From: Eledone cirrhosa
Lineage: Eukaryota
Length of the DNA stretch: 64,000 bases
NCBI GenBank assembly: GCA_964016885.1
Contig: OZ024740.1
Location: 1,736,001 to 1,800,000 of the forward strand
Direction: 5' to 3'
This document shows, piece by piece, positions 14,214 to 28,334 of the stretch; position 1 is the first letter of the stretch; each line of letters opens with the position of its first letter. The position numbers and the translations under genes were made by a program. Under the pieces are notes generated by a model. The model was given only the letters and a program-made list of their open reading frames with translations. It searched no databases and was not told the DNA's origin.

Positions 14214-14533
14214 GAGGTTATATTTAATTTGTTGGGATTCAACAAGCTTAACAATTTTTATAACTGATATAAAGAACTCAATATAAAGTACTATCTCCAC
14301 TATCCAGTAAGCTCCAACCGTTAAGGTTGTCTTTTTTTACGGGTGTGTCAATATTTATAAAACAAATCTGTATTTTATCTGATGAAAGTGCACCATAATT
14401 TGTCTTGGTTGCCCTTAAAATAAATATGGTTTTATAAATATAGTTTCCATTTATTAATATATTGTATATATATATGTGTATGTATGTGTATATATATATA
14501 TATGTGTATGTATGTATGTATATATGTATGTAT

Positions 14534-14587
14534 GAAACCGACTCTCTCTATTGGTAAAACTTTGTGAAATTATAAAACCAAAAGAAC
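14534..14587 (+). mobile_element. Short 3' end of R4/Dong-like LINE
   Basis: CTCTCTATTGG...TTTGTGAAATTATAAAACCAAAAGAA-CATAC matches the 3' end at 52757-52800. Confidence 0.65.
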
Positions 14588-14989
14588 ATACATATATATA
14601 TACATACATACATACTCACTCACTCACTCACGTCATCCATTATCATATATATATATGTGTATGGGTATATATGTGTGTATGTATATATACACACACACAT
14701 ACATATATAATATCTGTATTTACTCTGTGTGTGTGTATATATATATATTTATTTGTGTATATATATGAATACATATATATTTGTATATACGTGTGTGTAC
14801 ACATTTGCGTTGTACAGTATATACATACATGCCTTATACATAATCTGCTACTTGAGATATTTAACTGAGACTGTTATCCATTAGACATTAGGTAAAACCT
14901 ACAACTTACCTCCTTCCCTCTTATTCCTTCCTTTTTATGTCTCTTATGGAAACTTAAGATAGAATTCAAGGAAAAAGTTATGTCGCTGG

Positions 14990-17900
14990 ATGTTATATAC
15001 CAGTGTGTCATTAGTGTTGTGTGGTGTGTGTTATATACCAGTGTGTCATTAGTGTTGTGTGGTGTGTGTTATATACCAGTGTGTCATTAGTGTTGTGTAG
15101 TGTGTGTTATATACCAGTGTGTCATTAGTGTTGTGTGGTGTGTGTTATATACCAGTGTGTCATTAGTGTTGTGTGGTGTGTGTTATATACCAGTGTATCA
15201 TTAGTGTTGTGTGCTGTATGTTATATACCAGTGTGTCATTAGTGTTGTGTGCTGTATGTTATATACCAGTGTGTCATTAGTGTTGTGTGCTGTATGTTAT
15301 ATACCAGTGTGTCATTAGTGTTGTGTGGTGTGTGTTATATACCAGTGTGTCATTAGTGTTGTTGTGTGGTGTGTGTTATATACCAGTGTGTCATTAGTGT
15401 TGTTGTGTGCTCTGTTATATACCAGTGTGTCATTAGTGTTGTTGTGTGGTGTATGTTATATACCAGTGTGTCATTAGTGTTGTTGTGTGGTGTGTGTTAT
15501 ATACCAGTGTGTCATTAGTGTTGTTGTGTGGTGTGTGTTATATACCAGTGTGTCATTAGTGTTGTTGTGTGCTCTGTTATATACCAGTGTGTCATTAGTG
15601 TTGTGTGGTGTATGTTATATACCAGTGTGTCATTAGTGTTGTTGTGTGGTGTGTGTTATATACCAGTGTGTCATTAGTGTTGTGTGGTGTGTGTTATATA
15701 CCAGTGTGTCATTAGTGTTGTGTGGTGTGTGTTATATACCAGTGTGTCATTAGTGTTGTGTGGTGTGTGTTATATACCAGTGTGTCATTAGTGTTGTGTG
15801 GTGTGTGTTATATACCAGTGTGTCATTAGTGTTGTTGTGTGCTCTGTTATATACCAGTGTGTCATTAGTGTTGTTGTGTGGTGTGTGTTATATGCCAGTG
15901 TGTCATTAGTTTTGTGTGCTGTATGTTATATACCAGTGTGTCATTAGTGTTGTTGTGTGCTCTGTTATATACCAGTGTGTCATTAGTGTTGTTGTGTGGT
16001 GTGTGTTATATACCAGTGTGTCATTAGTGTTGTTGTGTGGTGTGTGTTATATACCAGTGTGTCATTAGTGTTGTTGTGTGCTCTGTTATATACCAGTGTG
16101 TCATTAGTGTTGTTGTGTGGTGTATGTTATATACCAGTGTGTCATTAGTGTTGTTGTGTGGTGTGTGTTATATACCAGTGTGTCATTAGTGTTGTTGTGT
16201 GGTGTGTGTTATATACCAGTGTGTCATTAGTGTTGTTGTGTGGTGTGTGTTATATACCAGTGTGTCATTAGTGTTGTTGTGTGCTCTGTTATATACCAGT
16301 GTGTCATTAGTGTTGTGTGGTGTATGTTATATACCAGTGTGTCATTAGTGTTGTTGTGTGGTGTGTGTTATATACCAGTGTGTCATTAGTGTTGTTGTGT
16401 GGTGTGTGTTATATACCAGTGTGTCATTAGTGTTGTTGTGTGCTCTGTTATATACCAGTGTGTCATTAGTGTTGTTGTGTGGTGTGTTATATACCAGTGT
16501 GTCATTAGTGTTGTTGTGTGGTGTGTGTTATATACCAGTGTGTCATTAGTGTTGTTGTGTGCTCTGTTATATACCAGTGTGTCATTAGTGTTGTGTGCTC
16601 TGTTATATACCAGTGTGTCATTAGTGTTGTTGTGTGGTGTGTGTTATATACCAGTGTGTCATTAGTGTTGTGTGCTGTATGTTATATACCAGTGTGTCAT
16701 TAGTGTTGTGTGGTGTGTTATATACCAGTGTGTCATTAGTGTTGTGTGCTCTGTTATATACCAGTGTGTCATTAGTGTTGTTGTGTGCTCTGTTATATAC
16801 CAGTGTGTCATTAGTGTTGTTGTGTGGTGTGTGTTATGTACCAGTGTGTCATTAGTGGTGTTGTGTGCTGTATGTTATATACCAGTGTGTCATTAGTGTT
16901 GTTGTGTGCTCTGTTATATACCAGTGTGTCATTAGTGTTGTGTGGTGTATGTTATATACCAGTGTGTCATTAGTGTTGTTGTGTGCTGTATGTTATATAC
17001 CAGTGTGTCATTAGTGTTGTTGTGTGCTGTATGTTATATACCAGTGTGTCATTAGTGTTGTTGTGTGGTGTGTGTTATATACCAGTGTGTCATTAGTGTT
17101 GTTGTGTGCTCTATGTTATATACCAGTGTGTCATTAGTGTTGTTGTGTGGTGTGTTATATACCAGTGTCATTAGTGTTGTTGTGTGCTGTATGTTATATA
17201 CCAATGTGTCATTAGTGTTGTTGTGTGGTGTGTTATATACCAGTGTGTCATTAGTGTTGTGTCGTGTATGTTATATACCAGTGTGTCATTAGTGTTGTTG
17301 TGTGCTGTATGTTATATACCAGTGTGTCATTAGTGTTGTTGTGTGCTGTATGTTATATACCAGTGTGTCATTAGTGTTGTGTGGTGTATGTTATATACTA
17401 GTGTGTCATTAGTGTTGTTGTGTGGTGTATGTTATATACCAGTGTGTCATTAGTGTTGTGTGCTCTGTTATATACCAGTGTGTCATTAGTGTTGTGTGGT
17501 GTGTGTTATATACCAGTGTGTCATTAGTGTTGTGTGCTCTGTTATATACCAGTGTGTCATTAGTGTTGTGTGGTGTGTGTTATATACCAGTGTGTCATTA
17601 GTGTTGTCTGCTCTGTTATATACCAGTGTGTCATTAGTGTTGTGTGCTCTGTTATATACCAGTGTGTCATTAGAGTTGTTGTGTGCTGTGTGTTATATAC
17701 CAGTGTGTCATTAGTGTTGTGTGCTCTGTTATATACCAGTGTGTCATTAGTGTTGTGTGGTGTGTGTTATATACCAGTGTGTCATTAGTGTTGTCTGCTC
17801 TGTTATATACCAGTGTGTCATTAGTGTTGTGTGCTCTGTTATATACCAGTGTGTCATTAGTGTTGTGTGCTGTATGTTATATACCAGTGTGTCATTAGTG

Positions 17901-20900
17901 TTGTGTGCTGTATGTTATATACCAGTGTGTCATTAGTGTTGTTGTGTGCTCTGTTATATACCAGTGTGTCATTAGTGTTGTTGTGTGGTGTATGTTATAT
18001 GGCAGTGTGTCATTAGTGTTGTTGTGTCGTGTATGTTATATACCAGTGTGTCATTAGTGTTGTGTGGTGTATGTTATATACCAGTGTGTCATTAGTGTTG
18101 TGTGTTGTTATATACCAGTGTGTCATTAGTGTTGTTGTGTGGTGTGTGTTATATACCAGTGTGTCATTAGTGTTGTTGTGTGGTGTGTGTTATATACCAG
18201 TGTGTCATTAGTGTTGTGTGCTGTATGTTATATACCAGTGTGTCATTAGTGTTGTTGTGTGGTGTGTGTTATATACCAGTGTGTCATTAGTGTTGTGTGC
18301 TGTATGTTATATACCAGTGTGTCATTAGTGTTGTGTGCTGTATGTTATATACCAGTGTGTCATTAGTGTTGTTGTGTGGTGTATGTTATATACCAGTGTG
18401 TCATTAGTGTTGTGTCGTGTATGTTATATACCAGTGTGTCATTAGTGTTGTGTGGTGTGTGTTATATACCAGTGTGTCATTAGTGTTGTGTGGTGTGTGT
18501 TATATACCAGTGTGTCATTAGTGTTGTGTGGTGTGTGTTATATACCAGTGTGTCATTAGTGTTGTGTGGTGTGTGTTATATACCAGTGTGTCATTAGTGT
18601 TGTGTGGTGTGTGTTATATACCAGTGTGTCATTAGTGTTGTGTGGTGTGTGTTATATACCAGTGTGTCATTAGTGTTGTGTGGTGTGTGTTATATACCAG
18701 TGTGTCATTAGTGTTGTGTGGTGTGTGTTATATACCAGTGTGTCATTAGTGTTGTGTGGTGTGTGTTATATACCAGTGTGTCATTAGTGTTGTGTGGTGT
18801 GTTATATACCAGTGTGTCATTAGTGTTGTGTGGTGTGTGTTATATACCAGTGTGTCATTAGTGTTGTGTGGTGTGTGTTATATACCAGTGTGTCATTAGT
18901 GTTGTGTGGTGTGTGTTATATACCAGTGTGTCATTAGTGTTGTGTGGTGTGTGTTATATACCAGTGTGTCATTAGTGTTGTGTGGTGTGTGTTATATACC
19001 AGTGTGTCATTAGTGTTGTGTGGTGTGTGTTATATACCAGTGTGTCATTAGTGTTGTGTGGTGTGTGTTATATACCAGTGTGTCATTAGTGTTGTGTGGT
19101 GTGTGTTATATACCAGTGTGTCATTAGTGTTGTGTGGTGTGTGTTATATACCAGTGTGTCATTAGTGTTGTGTGGTGTGTGTTATATACCAGTGTGTCAT
19201 TAGTGTTGTGTGGTGTGTGTTATATACCAGTGTGTCATTAGTGTTGTGTGGTGTGTGTTATATACCAGTGTGTCATTAGTGTTGTGTGGTGTGTGTTATA
19301 TACCAGTGTGTCATTAGTGTTGTGTGGTGTGTGTTATATACCAGTGTGTCATTAGTGTTGTGTGGTGTGTGTTATATACCAGTGTGTCATTAGTGTTGTG
19401 TGGTGTGTGTTATATACCAGTGTGTCATTAGTGTTGTGTGGTGTGTTATATACCAGTGTGTCATTAGTGTTGTGTGGTGTGTGTTATATACCAGTGTGTC
19501 ATTAGTGTTGTGTGGTGTGTGTTATATACCAGTGTGTCATTAGTGTTGTGTGGTGTGTGTTATATACCAGTGTGTCATTAGTGTTGTGTGGGGTGTGTTA
19601 TATACCAGTGTGTCATTAGTGTTGTGTGGTGTGTGTTATATACCAGTGTGTCATTAGTGTTGTGTGGTGTGTGTTATATACCAGTGTGTCATTAGTGTTG
19701 TGTGGTGTGTGTTATATACCAGTGTGTCATTAGTGTTGTGTGGTGTGTGTTATATACCAGTGTGTCATTAGTGTTGTCTGCTCTGTTATATACCAGTGTG
19801 TCATTAGTGTTGTGTGCTCTGTTATATACCAGTGTGTCATTAGAGTTGTTGCGTGCTGTGTGTTATATACCAGTGTGTCATTAGTGTTGTGTGCTCTGTT
19901 ATATACCAGTGTGTCATTAGTGTTGTGTGCTGTATGTTATATACCAGTGTGTCATTAGTGTTGTGTGCTGTATGTTATATACCAGTGTGTCATTAGTGTT
20001 GTTGTGTGCTCTGTTATATACCAGTGTGTCATTAGTGTTGTTGTGTGGTGTATGTTATATGCCAGTGTGTCATTAGTGTTGTTGTGTCGTGTATGTTATA
20101 TACCAGTGTGTCATTAGTGTTGTGTGGTGTATGTTATATACCAGTGTGTCATTAGTGTTGTGTGCTCTGTTATATACCAGTGTGTCATTAGTGTTGTGTG
20201 CTCTGTTATATACCAGTGTGTCATTAGAGTTGTGTGCTCTGTTATATACCAGTGTGTCATTAGTGTTGTTGTGTGGTGTGTTATATACCAGTGTGTCATT
20301 AGTGTTGTGTGCTCTGTTATATACCAGTGTGTCATTAGTGTTGTGTGGTGTATGTTATATACCAGTGTGTCATTAGTGTTGTGTGCTGTATGTTATATAC
20401 CAGTGTGTCATTAGTGTTGTTGTGTGCTCTGTTATATACCAGTGTGTCATTAGTGTTGTTGTGTGGTGTATGTTATATACCAGTGTGTCATTAGTGTTGT
20501 TGTGTGGTGTATGTTATATACCAGTGTGTCATTAGTGTTGTTGTGTCGTGTATGTTATATACCAGTGTGTCATTAGTGTTGTGTGGTGCATGTTATATAC
20601 CAGTGTGTCATTAGTGTTGTGTGCTGTTATATACCAGTGTGTCATTAGTGTTGTTGTGTGGTGTGTGTTATATACCAGTGTGTCATTAGTGTTGTTGTGT
20701 GGTGTGTGTTATATACCAGTGTGTCATTAGTGTTGTGTGCTCTGTTATATACCAGTGTGTCATTAGTGTTGTGTACTGTATGTTATATACCAGTGTGTCA
20801 TTAGTGTTGTGTGGTGTGTTATATATCAGTATGTCATTAGCGTTTTTGTGTGGTGTATGTTATATACCAGTGTGTCATTAGTGTTGTGTGCTGTATGATA

Positions 20901-21035
20901 TATACCAGTGTGTCATTAGTGTTGTTGTGTGGGTATGTTTTATACCAGTGTGTCATTAGTGTTGTGTGGTGTATGTTGTATACAAGTGTGTCACTACTGT
21001 TGTGGGGTTGTGTTGTATACCAGTGTGTCACTACT
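14990..21035. repeat. 38-bp (36-41 bp) GT-rich minisatellite array
   Basis: Unit TTATATACCAGTGTGTCATTAGTGTTGTGTGGTGTGTG; very homogeneous core ~18440-19740. Confidence 0.96.
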
Positions 21036-24000
21036 GTTGTATAGTGTTATACCTTGTATGGCTGTGTTGTATAGTGTTATACCTTGTATGGCTGTGTTGT
21101 ATAGTGTTATACCTTGTGTGGCTGTGTTGTATAGTGTTATACCTTGTATGGCTCTGTTGTATAGTGTTATACCTTGTATGGCTGTGTTGTATAGTGTTAT
21201 ACCTTGTGTGGCTGTGTTGTATAGTGTTATACCTTGTATGGCTGTGTTGTATAGTGTTATACCTTGTATGACTCTGTTGTATAGTGTTATACCTTGTATG
21301 GCTGTGTTGTATAGTGTTATAGCTTGTGTGGCTGTGTTGTATAGTGTTATACCTTGTATGGCTCTGTTGTATAGTGTTATACCTTGTATGGCTGTGTTGT
21401 ATAGTGTTATACCTTGTGTGGCTGTGTTGTATAGTGTTATACCTTGTATGGCTGTGTTGTATAGTGTTATAGCTTGTGTGGCTGTGTTGTATAGTGTTAT
21501 ACCTTGTATGGCTGTGTTGTATAGTGTTATACCTTGTATGGCTCTGTTGTATAGTGTTATACCTTGTATGGCTGTGTTGTATAGTGTTATACCTTGTATG
21601 GCTGTGTTGTATAGTGTTATACCTTGTGTGGCTGTGTTGTATAGTGTTATACCTTGTGTGGCTGTTGTATAGTGTTATACCGTGTATGGTTGTGTTGTAT
21701 AGTGTTATACCTTGTGTGACTCTGTTGTATAGTTTTATACCTTGTATGGCTGTGTTGTATAGTGTTATACCTTGTATGGCTGTGTTGTATAGTGTTATAC
21801 CTTGTGTGGCTGTGTTGTATAGTGTTATACCTTGTATGGCTGTGTTGTATAGTGTTATACCTTGTATGGCTGTGTTGTATAGTGTTATACCTTGTATGGC
21901 TCTGTTGTATAGTGTTATACCTTGTGTGGCTCTGTTGTATAGTGTTACACCTTGTATGGCTGTGTTGTATAGTGTTATACCTTGTGTGACTCTGTTGTAT
22001 AGTGTTATACCTTGTATGGCTGTGTTGTATAGTGTTATACCTTGTATGACTGTTGTATAGTGTTATACCTTGTGTGACTCTGTTGTATAGTGTTATACCT
22101 TGTATGGCTCTGTTGTATAGTGTTATACCTTGTATGGTTGTGTTGTATAGTGTTATACCTTGTGTGACTGTTGTATAGTGTTATACCTTGTGTGGCTGTG
22201 TTGTATTGTGTTATACCTTGTGTGGCTCTGTTGTATAGTGTTATACCTTGTATGGCTCTGTTGTATAGTGTTGTACCTTGTATGGCTCTGTTGTATAGTG
22301 TTATACCTTGTGTGGCTGTGTTGTATAGTGTTATACCTTGTATGGCTTTGTTGTATAGTGTTATACCTTGTATGGCTCTGTTGTATAGTGTTATACTTTG
22401 TATGGCTCTGTTGTATAGTGTTATACCTTGTGTGGTTGTGTTGTATAGTGTTATACCTTGTGTGGCTCTGTTGTATAGTGTTATACCTTGTATGGCTCTG
22501 TTGTATAGTGTTATACCTTGTATGGCTCTGTTGTATAGTGTTATACCTTGTATGGCTCTGTTGTATAGTGTTATACCTTGTATGGCTGTGTTCTATAGTA
22601 TTATACCTTGTATGGCTCTGTTGTATAATGTTATGCTTTGTGTGGCTGTGTTGTATAGTGTTATACCTTGTATGGCTCTGTCGTATAGTGTTATACCTTG
22701 TATGGCTCTGTTGTATAGTGTTATACCTTGTATGGCTCTGTTGTATAGTGTTATACCTTGTATGGCTCTGTTGTATAGTGTTATACCTTGTGTGGCTGTG
22801 TTGTATAGTGTTATACCTTGTATGGCTCTGTTGTATAATGTTATACCTTGTGTGGCTGTGTTGTATAGTGTTATACCTTGTATGGCTGTGTTGTATAGTG
22901 TTATACCTTGTATGGCTCTGTTGTATAGTGTTATACCTTGTATGGCTATGTTGTATAGTGTTATACCTTGTGTGGCTCTGTTGTATAGTGTTATACCTTG
23001 TGTGGCTGTGTTGTATAGTGTTATACCTTGTATGGCTGTGTTGTATAGTGTTATACCTTGTGTGGCTCTGTTGTATAGTGTTATACCTTGTGTGGCTGTG
23101 TTGTATAGTGTTATACCTTGTGGGACTGTGTTGTATTGTGTTATACCTTGTGTGGCTCTGTTGTATAGTGTATACCTTGTGTGGCTGTGTTGCATAGTGT
23201 TATACCTTGTATGGCTGTGCTGTATAGTGTTATACCTTGTATGGCTGTGTTGTATAGTGTTATACCTTGTATGGCTCTGTTGTATAGTGTTATACCTTGT
23301 ATGGCTCTGTTGTATAGTGTTATACTTTGCATGACTCTGTTGTATAGTGTTATACCTTGTATGGCTGTGTTGTATAGTGTTGTACCTTGTGTGGCTGTGT
23401 TGTATAGTGTTATACCTTGTGTGGCTGTGTTGTATAGTGTTATACCTTGTGTGGCTCTGTTGTATAGTGTTATACCTTGTATGGCTCTGTTGTATAGTGT
23501 TATACCTTGTGTGGCTGTGTTGTATAGTGTTATACTTTGTATGGCTGTGTTGTATAGTGTTATACCTTGTGTGGCTGTGTTGTATAGTGTTATACCTTGT
23601 GTGGCTGTGTTGTATAGTGTTATACCTTGTGTGGCAGTGTTGTATAGTGTTATACCTTGTATGGCTGTGTTGTATAGTGTTATACCTTGTGTGGCTGTGT
23701 TGTATAGTGTTATACCTTGTGTGGCTGTGTTGTATAGTGTTATACCTTGTGTGGCTGTGTTGTATAGTGTTATACCTTGTGTGGCTGTGTTGTATAGTGT
23801 TATACCTTGTGTGGCTGTGTTGTATAGTGTTATACCTTGTATGGTTGTGTTGTATAGTGTTATACCTTGTGTGGCTGTGTCGTATAGTGTTATACCTTGT
23901 ATGGCTCTGTTGTATAGTGTTATACCTTGTGTGGCTGTGTTGTATAGTGTTATACCTTGTGTGGCTGTGTTGTATAGTGTTATACCTTGTGTGGCTCTGT

Positions 24001-27000
24001 TGTATAGTGTTATACCTTGTGTGGCTCTGTTGTATAGTGTTATACCTTGTATGGCTGTGTTGTATAGTGTTATACCTTGTGTGGCTGTGTTGTATAGTTT
24101 TATACCTTGTGTGGCTCTGTTGTATAGTGTTATACCTTGTGTGGCTCTGTTGTATAGTGTTATACCTTGTATGGCTGTGTTGTATAGTGTTATACCTTGT
24201 GTGGCTGTGTTGTATAGTGTTATACCTTGTATGGCTGTGTTGTATAGTGTTATACCTTGTGTGGCTGTGTTGTATAGTGTTATACCTTGTGTGGCTGTGT
24301 TGTATAGTGTTATACCTTGTGTGGCTGTGTTGTATAGTGTTATACCTTGTGTGGCAGTGTTGTATAGTGTTATACCTTGTGTGGCTGTGTTGTATAGTGT
24401 TATACCTTGTGTGGCTGTGTTGTATAGTGTTATACCTTGTGTGGCTGTGTTGTATAGTGTTATACCTTGTGTGGCTGTGTTGTATAGTGTTATACCTTGT
24501 ATGGTTGTGTTGTATAGTGTTATACCTTGTGTGGCTGTGTCGTATAGTGTTATACCTTGTATGGCTCTGTTGTATAGTGTTATACCTTGTGTGGCTGTGT
24601 TGTATAGTGTTATACCTTGTGTGGCTGTGTTGTATAGTGTTATACCTTGTGTGGCTCTGTTGTATAGTGTTATACCTTGTGTGGCTCTGTTGTATAGTGT
24701 TATACCTTGTATGGCTGTGTTGTATAGTGTTATACCTTGTGTGGCTGTGTTGTATAGTGTTATACCTTGTGTGGCTCTGTTGTATAGTGTTATACCTTGT
24801 ATGGCTGTGTTGTATAGTGTTATACCTTGTGTGGCTGTGTTGTATAGTGTTATACCTTGTGTGGCTCTGTTGTATAGTGTTATACCTTGTGTGGCTCTGT
24901 TGTATAGTGTTATACCTTGTATGGCTGTGTTGTATAGTGTTATACCTTGTGTGGCTGTGTTGTATAGTGTTATACCTTGTATGGCTGTGTTGTATAGTGT
25001 TATACCTTGTGTGGCTCTGTTGTATAGTGTTATACCTTGTATGGCTGTGTTGTATAGTGTTATACCGTGTGTGGCTCTGTTGTATAGTGTTATACCTTGT
25101 ATGGCTGTGTTGTATAGTGTTATACCTTGTATGGCTATGTTGTATAGTGTTATACCTTGTATGGCTGTGTTGTATAGTGTTATACCTTGTGTGGCTGTGT
25201 TGTATAGTGTTATACCTTGTATGGCTGTGTTGTATAGTGTTATACCTTGTGTGGCTGTGTTGTATAGTGTTATACCTTGTGTGGCTGTGTTGTATAGTGT
25301 TATACCGTGTATGGTTGTGTTGTATAGTGTTATACCTTGTGTGGCTGTGTTGTATAGTGTTATACCTTGTATGGCTGTGTTGTATAGTGTTATACCTTGT
25401 ATGGTTGTGTTGTATAGTGTTATACCTTGTGTGGCTGTGTCGTATAGTGTTATACCTTGTATGGCTCTGTTGTATAGTGTTATACCCTGTGTGGCTGTGT
25501 TGTATAGTGTTATACCTTGTGTGGCTCTGTTGTATAGTGTTATACCTTGTGTGGCTGTGTTGTATAGTGTTATACCTTGTATGGCTGTGTTGTATAGTGT
25601 TATACCTTGTGTGGCTGTGTTGTATAGTGTTATACCTTGTATGGCTGTGTTGTATAGTGTTATACCTTGTGTGGCTGTGTTGTATAGTGTTATACCTTGT
25701 GTGGCTCTGTTGTATAGTGTTATACCTTGTATGGCTGTGTTGTATAGTGTTATACCTTGTATGGCTGTGTTGTATAGTGTTATACCTTGTATGGCTGTGT
25801 TGTATAGTGTTATACCTTGTGTGGCTGTGTTGTATAGTGTTATACCTTGTGTGGCTGTGTTGTATAGTGTTATACCTTGTGTGGCTGTGTTGTATAGTGT
25901 TATACCTTGTATGGCTGTGTTGTATAGTGTTATACCTTGTGTGGCTGTGTTGTATAGTGTTATACCTTGTATGGCTCTGTTGTATAGTGTTATACCTTGT
26001 ATGGCTCTGTTGTATAGTGTTATACCTTGTATGGCTGTGTTGTATAGTGTTATACCTTGTGTGGCTGTGTTGTATAGTGTTATACCTTGTGTGGCTGTGT
26101 TGTATAGTGTTATACCTTGTATGGCTGTGTTGTATAGTGTTATACCTTGTATGGCTGTGTTGTATAGTGTTATGCCTTGTATGGCTCTGTTGTATAGTGT
26201 TATACCTTGTATGGCTCTGTTGTATAGTGTTATACCCTGTGTGGCTGTGTTGTATAGTGTTATACCTTGTGTGGCTCTGTTGTATAGTGTTATACCTTGT
26301 GTGGCTGTGTTGTATAGTGTTATACCTTGTATGGCTGTGTTGTATAGTGTTATACCTTGTGTGGCTGTGTTGTATAGTGTTATACCTTGTATGGCTGTGT
26401 TGTATAGTGTTATACCTTGTGTGGCTGTGTTGTATAGTGTTATACCTTGTGTGGCTCTGTTGTATAGTGTTATACCTTGTATGACTGTGTTGTATAGTGT
26501 TATACCTTGTATGGCTGTGTTGTATAGTGTTATACCTTGTATGGCTGTGTTGTATAGTGTTATACCTTGTGTGGCTGTGTTGTATAGTGTTATACCTTGT
26601 GTGGCTGTGTTGTATAGTGTTATACCTTGTATGGCTGTGTTGTATAGTGTTATACCTTGTATGGCTGTGTTGTATAGTGTTATACCTTGTATGGCTCTGT
26701 TGTATAGCGTTATACCTTGTGTGGCTCTGTTGTATAGTGTTATACCTTGTGTGGCTGTGTTGTATAGTGTTATATCTTGTGTGGCTGTGTTGTATAGTGT
26801 TATACCTTGTGTGGCTGTGTTGTATAGTGTTATTCTTGTATGGCTCTGTTGTATAGTGTTATGCCTTGTGTGGCTCTGTTGTATAGTGCTATACCTTGTG
26901 TGGCTCTGTTGTATAGTGTTATACCTTGTGTGGCTGTGTTGTATAGTGTTATACCTTGTATGGCTCTGTTGTATAGTGTTATACCTTGTGTGGCTCTGTT

Positions 27001-28073
27001 GTATAGTGTTATACCTTGTGTGGCTCTGTTGTATAGTGTTATACCTTGTGTGGCTCTGTTGTATAGTGTTATACCTTGTGTGGCTCTGTTGTATAGTGTT
27101 ATACCTTGTGTGGCTCTGTTGTATAGTGTTATACCTTGTGTGGCTCTGTTGTATAGTGTTATACCTTGTGTGGCTCTGTTGTATAGTGTTATACCTTGTA
27201 TGGCTCTGTTGTATAGTCTTATACCTTGTGTGGCTCTGTTGTATAGTCTTATACCTTGTGTGGCTCTGTTGTATAGTGTTATACCTTGTGTGGCTCTGTT
27301 GTATAGTGTTATACCTTGTGTGGCTCTGTTGTATAGTGTTATACCTTGTGTGGCTCTGTTGTATAGTGTTATACCTTGTGTGGCTCTGTTGTATAGTGTT
27401 ATACCTTGTGTGGCTCTGTTGTATAGTGTTATACCTTGTGTGGCTCTGTTGTATAGTGTTATACCTTGTGTGGCTCTGTTGTATAGTGTTATACCTTGTG
27501 TGGCTCTGTTGTATAGTGTTATACCTTGTGTGGCTCTGTTGTATAGTGTTATACCTTGTGTGGCTCTGTTGTATAGTGTTATACCTTGTGTGGCTCTGTT
27601 GTATAGTGTTATACCTTGTGTGGCTCTGTTGTATAGTGTTATACCTTGTATGGCTCTGTTGTATAGTGTTATACCTTGTGTGGCTCTGTTGTATAGTGTT
27701 ATACCTTGTATGGCTCTGTTGTATAGTGTTATACCTTGTATGGCTGTGTTGTATAGTGTTATACCTTGTATGGCTCTGTTGTATAGTGTTATACCTTGTG
27801 TGGCTCTGTTGTATAGTGTTATACATTGTGTGGCTCTGTTGTATAGTGTTATACCTTGTGTGGCTCTGTTGTATAGTGTTATACCTTGTATGGCTCTGTT
27901 GTATAGTGTTATACCTTGTATGGCTCTGTTGTATAGTGTTATACCTTGTGTGGCTCTGTTGTATAGTGTTATACCTTGTGTGGCTCTGTTGTATAGTGTT
28001 ATACCTTGTGTGGCTCTGTTGTATAGTGTTATACCTTGTGTGGCTCTGTTGTATAGTGTTATACCTTGTATGA
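21035..28073. repeat. 30-bp minisatellite array (~230 copies)
   Basis: Unit TGTTGTATAGTGTTATACCTTGTRTGGCTS; mainly two biallelic positions. Confidence 0.97.
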
Positions 28074-28074
28074 C

Positions 28075-28186
28075 ACCTGGCATTGTAGTTTGAGAATAGA
28101 ATTTGCAATTGTGAGGCTGCAAGTTTGATTCCTGGACCAGGTGATCCGTTATGTCCTTGAGCAAGACACTTTATTTCACATTGCTG
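28075..28186 (+). mobile_element. Degenerate CORE-like SINE fragment
   Basis: GTTTGATTCCTGGACC...GTCCTTGAGCAAGACACTTTATTTCACATTGCT matches 56965-56998. Confidence 0.75.
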
Positions 28187-28334
28187 GTGTTAAAACCAGT
28201 GGATAGTATCAGCAATGAAAAGACCAATGGAAACATTGTTTCCTTGGTTTGATAAGTTCCACAGCATTCGCTGAACAAGTGGGGTCTGGGATCTTGTCAA
28301 TCAATTTGATGGATTGATTGTACAGCTGTGTAGA